From the human T2T-CHM13v2.0 reference genome, Homo sapiens: a DNA stretch of 64,000 nucleotides. This document shows, in pieces, positions 55,228-64,000 of this stretch (positions are counted from its first letter, which is position 1; each line of letters opens with the position of its first letter). The notes beneath the pieces are model-generated. The model was not told where the DNA came from. It ran no database searches and saw only the letters and a program-made list of their open reading frames with translations. The position numbers were made by a program, and so were the translations under genes. The DNA lies in assembly GCF_009914755.1 (NCBI RefSeq), contig NC_060934.1. One strand, 5' to 3'.

Positions 55228-56039
55228 TAAACTTATATGGCATATGATGGGAAACTTTTATTTTTCCATCACAAGTAAAGTGGTAATATATACAAAGAGA
55301 AAATGGGTATCAGGTATTGGCAATTTTTATTTTCATTGTTCATTTGCATATGAATTTTTAGTATAAATTTGGAGACTTTAAGTATTCATGTCAGAAAAAA
55401 ATATTTCAGTGAATAAGTTTCAGAAATTCAACGTCGTATGTTTTTTTTCTTTTGCAAGGTCAGACTGTAGATTCCTTTAAAAAAGGACTTTTTATTGATA
55501 GAAAATGTGTTTATAGAATTTTAAAATAGTATATTCTGTTCATTATCTCTAATTTCTCACTCTGCTATACTACATGCAATTATATGTCTAATGTTATTTA
55601 TGTTTATTTATATAAATTTGCTGTTAAAATATATTCAATTCCCTATTCCTCTAAAAAGAACAAAAATAATGACAATTTATTCGTATTTTTTTTCTTGGCT
55701 ATGAACTCAAATAGATGAAATGTTATATAAATTAACAAACTTTAATAGCACGTATTGGTGATGTGCAAGTCAATAGTTCTCAGGCATTTACCTTCCTAGC
55801 ACTTTCCTATTTGCTGAGAGTAGAAGCGTTTGGGAGAAATATACAGGATAGTACATGCTTTTCAGGAACTCACACCTAGCTGGAAGGGCATACCTACCAC
55901 AGTGGAAACAGTCAGAGAAAAATCCATCTTGGAATGTGGGAAAATGATTGTAGCTCTTGAGGAATTTAGAAAGGGAGAGATCTTTAGGGGCTGGGAAATG
56001 ACAAGTTACTAATATGTAGACTGGGCAGTTCCTCTGTGC

Positions 56040-56240
56040 TACTTCCATAAGCAAGTGCTTTATACTCACACTGTTGCATGTAAACTCCTCAACATTTCTG
56101 TGATAGAGGTACTGTGAGATGTTCCTTTCACAGAAGAAACTGAGGCCAAAAAAGTAATGTGACTTACCCAAGGTCCCACCTGTCATAAGTGGCAGGCTCA
56201 GGCCTCATTTACATGGAATTGGTGTTTTTAACCATCTCTG
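56040..56240 (-). mobile_element. MIR SINE
   Basis: CCTTTCACAGAAGAAACTGAGGCC...GTGACTTACCCAAGGTCCCAC...TAAGTGGCAG. Confidence 0.8.
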
Positions 56241-57230
56241 TTCTCTTTGCAGTGGTTGTAAGTGCCTCGGCAATAAAATAGCTAAACACCATCACAGAGT
56301 GTATAGAGTTCTCATGGGCTAGGCATTGTTTCAAGTGTCTTTTCTTGTGTTATCTCACTTCATCCTCATATAAGCCCTATGGATCACAGAGAATTATGTG
56401 CCTTGCCTAAATCTGTCATGCAAGCAAGAAAGATTTGTGTTGGAATTGAAGAACGGGCATGATGTTGATGAACATTTGGGATGAGGCACAAGTGTTTGAA
56501 TGGGCTGATCTCTCTGAAACTGGCAGAGGCAGGGTGAAGGTGCTGGCTTCAGGCAGGAAGGAGGCCAGACTGTAGGGCAGATTCTCATTTTTGAACTAAA
56601 GGCATGCAGTAGGAAACCTGAGATTTATTCAGAGGAGCCTAGAAATAACAGGCTAGAAAGAGGAAGGGAGGAATGGAGAGCCCTTAGACAATTGAAAGAC
56701 TAAATTGGCCAGCAAGGAACAGAGATTTCCCATTCTACAATGGGAAAGAAAGATGTGGTCTAAGGTCTGTGTTAATGAAGAAATGCTGGATTCTGCAGTA
56801 AGCTTTCTGGGAGTCTCCACTCCATAAGCGGGAAATGTAGGAATTTGTATGCTTTAATCAAGTATATTTCTCAAGACCACATCAGAAGTTTTTCTTTTGT
56901 AGAGTCTGCATTGAAATCATCATATAGTTTAAGAAACTCACTTCGAGGTAGGGACAACAATGTTGTAGTTAGCATTGACTTAAAATGTGAGAAGCGCAAA
57001 TGTAAAAATTCTTACTTGGGTTCTCTAAAAAAGAAAGTATGATAATTGATTAATGTATGAGCAGATGAACCTTCACCAGATTTTGAAAGCAAACCTTTGG
57101 AACATGTAATGTATTTGAAGATACTTTTCTAGATTTTCCCACAAAGGATCTTAGTGAACTGATCATTCATACTTCAAAATAGAATTTGAGAATAATACTG
57201 TTTGCAATCAAAGTTGGGAACAAATCTCAT

Positions 57231-57563
57231 CAATATGATTGGGCTTTGTGTCCCCACCCAAATCTCATCCTGAATTGTAATCCCCATAATCCCTATAATC
57301 CCAACGTGTGAAGGGAGAGATCAAGTGGAGGTGGTTGAATCATGGGGGTGGTTTCCCCCATGCTGTTCTTGTGACATATGGTGAATTCTCATGAGATCTG
57401 ATGGTTTTATAAGGGGCTCTTTCCTTTTTGCTCGGCACTTCTCCTTTCTGCCACCTTGGAAGAAGGTGACTTAATTGACATGTGAGTCAATTAAACCTCT
57501 TTCCTTTATAAATTACCGCATCTCGGGCAGTTCTTTATAGCAGTATGAAAATGGGCTAATACA
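57231..57563 (+). mobile_element. THE1D-like solo LTR with an internal deletion-insertion
   Basis: TGTGTCCCCACCCAAATCTCATC...GAGATCTGATGGTTTTATAAGGGGCTC...GTGAGTCAATTAAACCTCTTTCCTTTATAAATTAC...CTAATACA. Confidence 0.92.
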
Positions 57564-57775
57564 TCTGTCTTCACTATTTACTAGTTATAAGGCTAGTAAA
57601 TAGCCATATGACTGTATGGCATAATTTAATTTCTCTAAACCTTAGTTTTCTTATCTGTGAAATGGGTTAATAATACCTACATCATAGAAGTTATAGTGTA
57701 TTAAAAATAGCACATGTAAAATGATGAACATGAAGCCAGGCACATGTAAGCAATCTATTAACATTATCATCATTT
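57564..57775 (+). mobile_element. MIR SINE (host of the THE1D insertion)
   Basis: CTCTAAACCTTAGTTTTCTTATCTGTGAAATGGGTTAATAATACCTAC...GCCAGGCACATGTAAGC. Confidence 0.8.
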
Positions 57776-57999
57776 TCATTGATGTTCCCTATAGAGACAG
57801 TCATCTGTGGATTTGATGCAGGCAAACTAGATACCTTTAATAAAAATATGAGGTAGTTAGCAACTGCAAAGGAACCTTCTTATTCAGAGCTATTGTTACT
57901 GTCAGCAGTGTTAATATATTAATTTTGCTTGGTCATTGACTCAGTGTATAAAATATGTGGGCAGTGAACTGAGGAAGCTTAGGGACCAGTGTGAAAAAG

Positions 58000-58740
58000 A
58001 CATATAAATCATATTAATGCAGTAGAAGTGTTATAATCAAGTGTATTTTTAATGGAAGCCCATAGAATGTGCTTTTACTGTATGGTTAGCTGAGTGGTTA
58101 GCCGATTGGAGAAGTGGGCAGGAAAGTGACATTTGAGTCTAGATGGATGAGTAAGAGTCTACTTGAAAGATGAGAGTCCAAGGAGGTTGCAAACAGAACC
58201 CTCTCTGCCACCAGAAGCATGAAGGTACAAAGAAAATGGCAGGCAGTAAGCATGCGAGATGTTAACTATGGAAAGAGTGTGGAGTACAAGACGAGAGAGG
58301 CATGAGCTAAGGCTCAATGAGGAAGGGCATCATTTGTTATATTTCACATTTATTTGCCATAAAATAGGCTTAGGACAGGTGTCTTGATCGTTAAGTGCAA
58401 AAGTCACATGATCAAATTTATGTTTCAGCAAGATGATCAGAGATGATGCAAATGAAAAATTACAGGGAGAGAAACTGAAAAAATATTGTTACGTTTTAAG
58501 TGAAAAGTAATGAGGTCTGCGACTAGGCAAAGACATGGAAGATAAATGGTTGGGAATTCAGGTGGAAGACTTTTGGGAACTGCAAGCCATTGAATTGTTT
58601 ACTGAATGTGGGAATTTAATAGCAAGTGAATTATATGTCCACATTTGACCAATAAAACAATAGTGACATCCTTAGAATCAAGCAGGAAATGCAAAATGAA
58701 AAGCAGGATTTCTTTGAGCATGTAAGGGAATTTAATTCTC
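58000..58740 (-). mobile_element. L2 LINE fragment
   Basis: GGAAAGTGACATTTGAG...GATGGATGAGTAAGAGT, CACATGATCAAATTTATGTTTCAG and AAGTGAAAAGTAATGAGG. Confidence 0.65.
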
Positions 58741-58745
58741 AATAA

Positions 58746-61908
<3,163 letters not shown>

Positions 61909-63602
61909 TAAAGGCTTTCAAAGTAAAAAATTTGAATTATAGCACAAATGTGTCATTTTAGAAAATGCCAGGTTTATAGGAAAAAGTTATAAATTGTAAA
62001 TTGTGATTTTATCTTACTGTGTCAATCAGAACAGAGCCAAAGATGTGGCTTGCAATTTACTTTAAGAAAAGAAATCACATATTTGTAGAATATTTTGTAA
62101 TTTTCACTTCTCCTTTCCATAAACTGCCTTGTTTAATTCCTTGAAGAGTCTCACTATTCTTTCCTTTATGAGGGTTCTACAAATGTCCCTTAAGCAAACA
62201 CTAGGTATAAGGAACTGTCCTAGGTTCCGGAAACACCTCACTCTCACAGAGGATACATTCTAGGGATAGAATAGGGGAGTTATAAGTATCTAGAATAGAA
62301 AGTCTTAACTTGGGCCCTGAGTAGTATTTGGGGATAGTGAGGTATACACGATCTCAATAAAATTTACATAAAATAGTTCTAAGAAGAGACTTTTACCAGA
62401 TTTCAAAGACTTTCATAATCCTAAACTGGTTAAGAATCATGGTTTTCAAAGCTGAGCCTCAAAGAAGTTAGCTGACTTGCTCAAGTTCCCAAGAATCAAG
62501 TTACAATTTGGATCTTAATGTACTGTGCAGTGCCATTCAACCCCTCATTGCTAATTGTCTTGCCATCTTTATCTCCAAAGAATGGTCAATTTTCCTGAGT
62601 TCTAATACATTCCTCAGTTTACTTATTATGAATGTCACTTCCAATCCGGTTGCAGCAATTAATAATTTTGTAATATAGCTGGATCGACTTTAATTTCTTT
62701 TGGCTTTAAGTGCAGAGACATCCAATCCTGCTAGTTCCAAAGGTGTTTTCTGAAGGCAGTGTTCCCAAATCACTGTTGGAAAGGAATATGGCAAGGCTCC
62801 TGAAGAAATTCCGGTGGAATTTCTTTAATCATCTGGTGGAAGTGGAGATGTGTGTGGTTCCTAAGAATATTGTGAGTCCTATATTTAGGACACAGACCAA
62901 TGCCTTTGAAATGGCCTTCTTGGCTTCCTGCAGTGTGGAGCTGTGATCTCCATGGTGAGATATCCCTTATATTTACACACTGCCACCTGACCTTTGGGTC
63001 AGGGCATTTCCAATCGATTTAGGAGTGCAGCAAGTGCAACGACGGTGTTGATGAGCTCTTACAGCATGGTAAGCAAGGCTGCCTGGGACTGAGGGGCGTG
63101 GGAACTCTATTGATTTTTAGGTACTTTTTATCACATACTCCTACACTGCTGGACTTTGAATTAAGTTAGTTTTCAGACAACATACCAGAGGGCAAGAAAA
63201 CAAAAAGTGGGATTTTTACACATACCCTGGAAACAAGTTAATTTTTCCTGGGGAAATCAAGTAGAGAGCTGGTTACCATCTTAGCAATTAACAGAAGTTA
63301 GACAAAATGTTTAACAGGAATTGGCTTTGTGGATTATGGCATTGGGTTACCAGAACAGCAATCAAAATGCACCTCAGTAGTCTCAGTTTGTTAGAACTGT
63401 GTCTCACTTCAAATATAACTTTGCTCTGGAAGAATAGAGAGTCTCAAATTCACTTGTGGGATCCTCAAGAATTTTGCTTCTCTGATTGCCAAGCATTGAA
63501 GCAATAATTTGTTATTGAATTGAAGCAAGACAACAGGAAGATAATTTTATATCAGCCTGATGGCGTTGTTTACTGAAACTCTAATAAGCTTTTGGGCATG
63601 TA

Positions 63603-63605
<3 letters not shown>

Positions 63606-63650
<45 letters not shown>
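63606..63650 (+). repeat. (TG)22 microsatellite
   Basis: Direct reading. Confidence 0.97.
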
Positions 63651-63651
<1 letters not shown>

Positions 63652-63875
63652 TTGATTTAGGGTTAAGTCTTCCTGATTTGAAGGAATAATTTTAAATAAT
63701 ATTGTCAGCATGGCCCTGTGATTCAACATCTGTTGCTGTGTTTTTTCCTAAATTCCAGTCTTTTGTATACACTTAGAAATTTGGATGATTTACATTGGAT
63801 GCTTTTTTTTTTCTGCTCACTTTTAATCTTTACAGTATTTTCTGAAAGGCAGCATCAAATTCTGAATGGGCATCA

Positions 63876-63965
63876 CTGATTCATTTACACATCTGTTAAA
63901 ATTTTATTGAGCACATACTATGTGTGGTGTAATGCACTACTTTCCAATGATAAGGAATTTAGATA
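63876..63965 (-). mobile_element. L2 3' end fragment
   Basis: GATTCATTTA...AAATTTTATTGAGCACATACTATGTG. Confidence 0.6.
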
Positions 63966-64000
63966 AGCAAAATGTGCTTCAGGTCGTCAGGCCACGGTGA

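Overview
Primate, most likely human, euchromatic non-coding DNA: AT-rich, CpG-poor and roughly half interspersed repeats. I find no recognisable host protein-coding exon, RNA gene or CpG island, and cannot name a host gene. The long ORFs are L1 ORF2 remnants (59.3-61.8 kb, minus), MaLR internal ORF remnants (53-54.7 kb) or Alu-derived artefacts. Repeats include about 14 Alu/FLAM copies (one a consensus-like AluYa5 with a perfect 14-bp TSD), a 3.2-kb 5'-truncated L1PA, several older L1/L2/MIR fragments, two LTR-int-LTR MaLR proviruses (MLT1A-type and THE1C-type), solo LTRs, hAT DNA-transposon relics and microsatellites. L1/LTR orientation is skewed to the minus strand, suggesting an intron of a plus-strand transcript. 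The most interesting unexplained structures are: (1) a ~170-bp locally templated insertion into an L2, whose donor 0.8 kb away is bounded by 8-bp direct repeats; (2) an old ~85-bp-arm inverted repeat at 10.1/10.6 kb; (3) a canonical-looking 72-nt stop-containing exon next to (TG)13, a TDP-43 cryptic-exon architecture; (4) snap-back inverted-insertion scars at 57.5 kb. I see no convincing new multi-gene system. Subfamily names are from memory of consensus sequences, and boundaries of old repeats are approximate.
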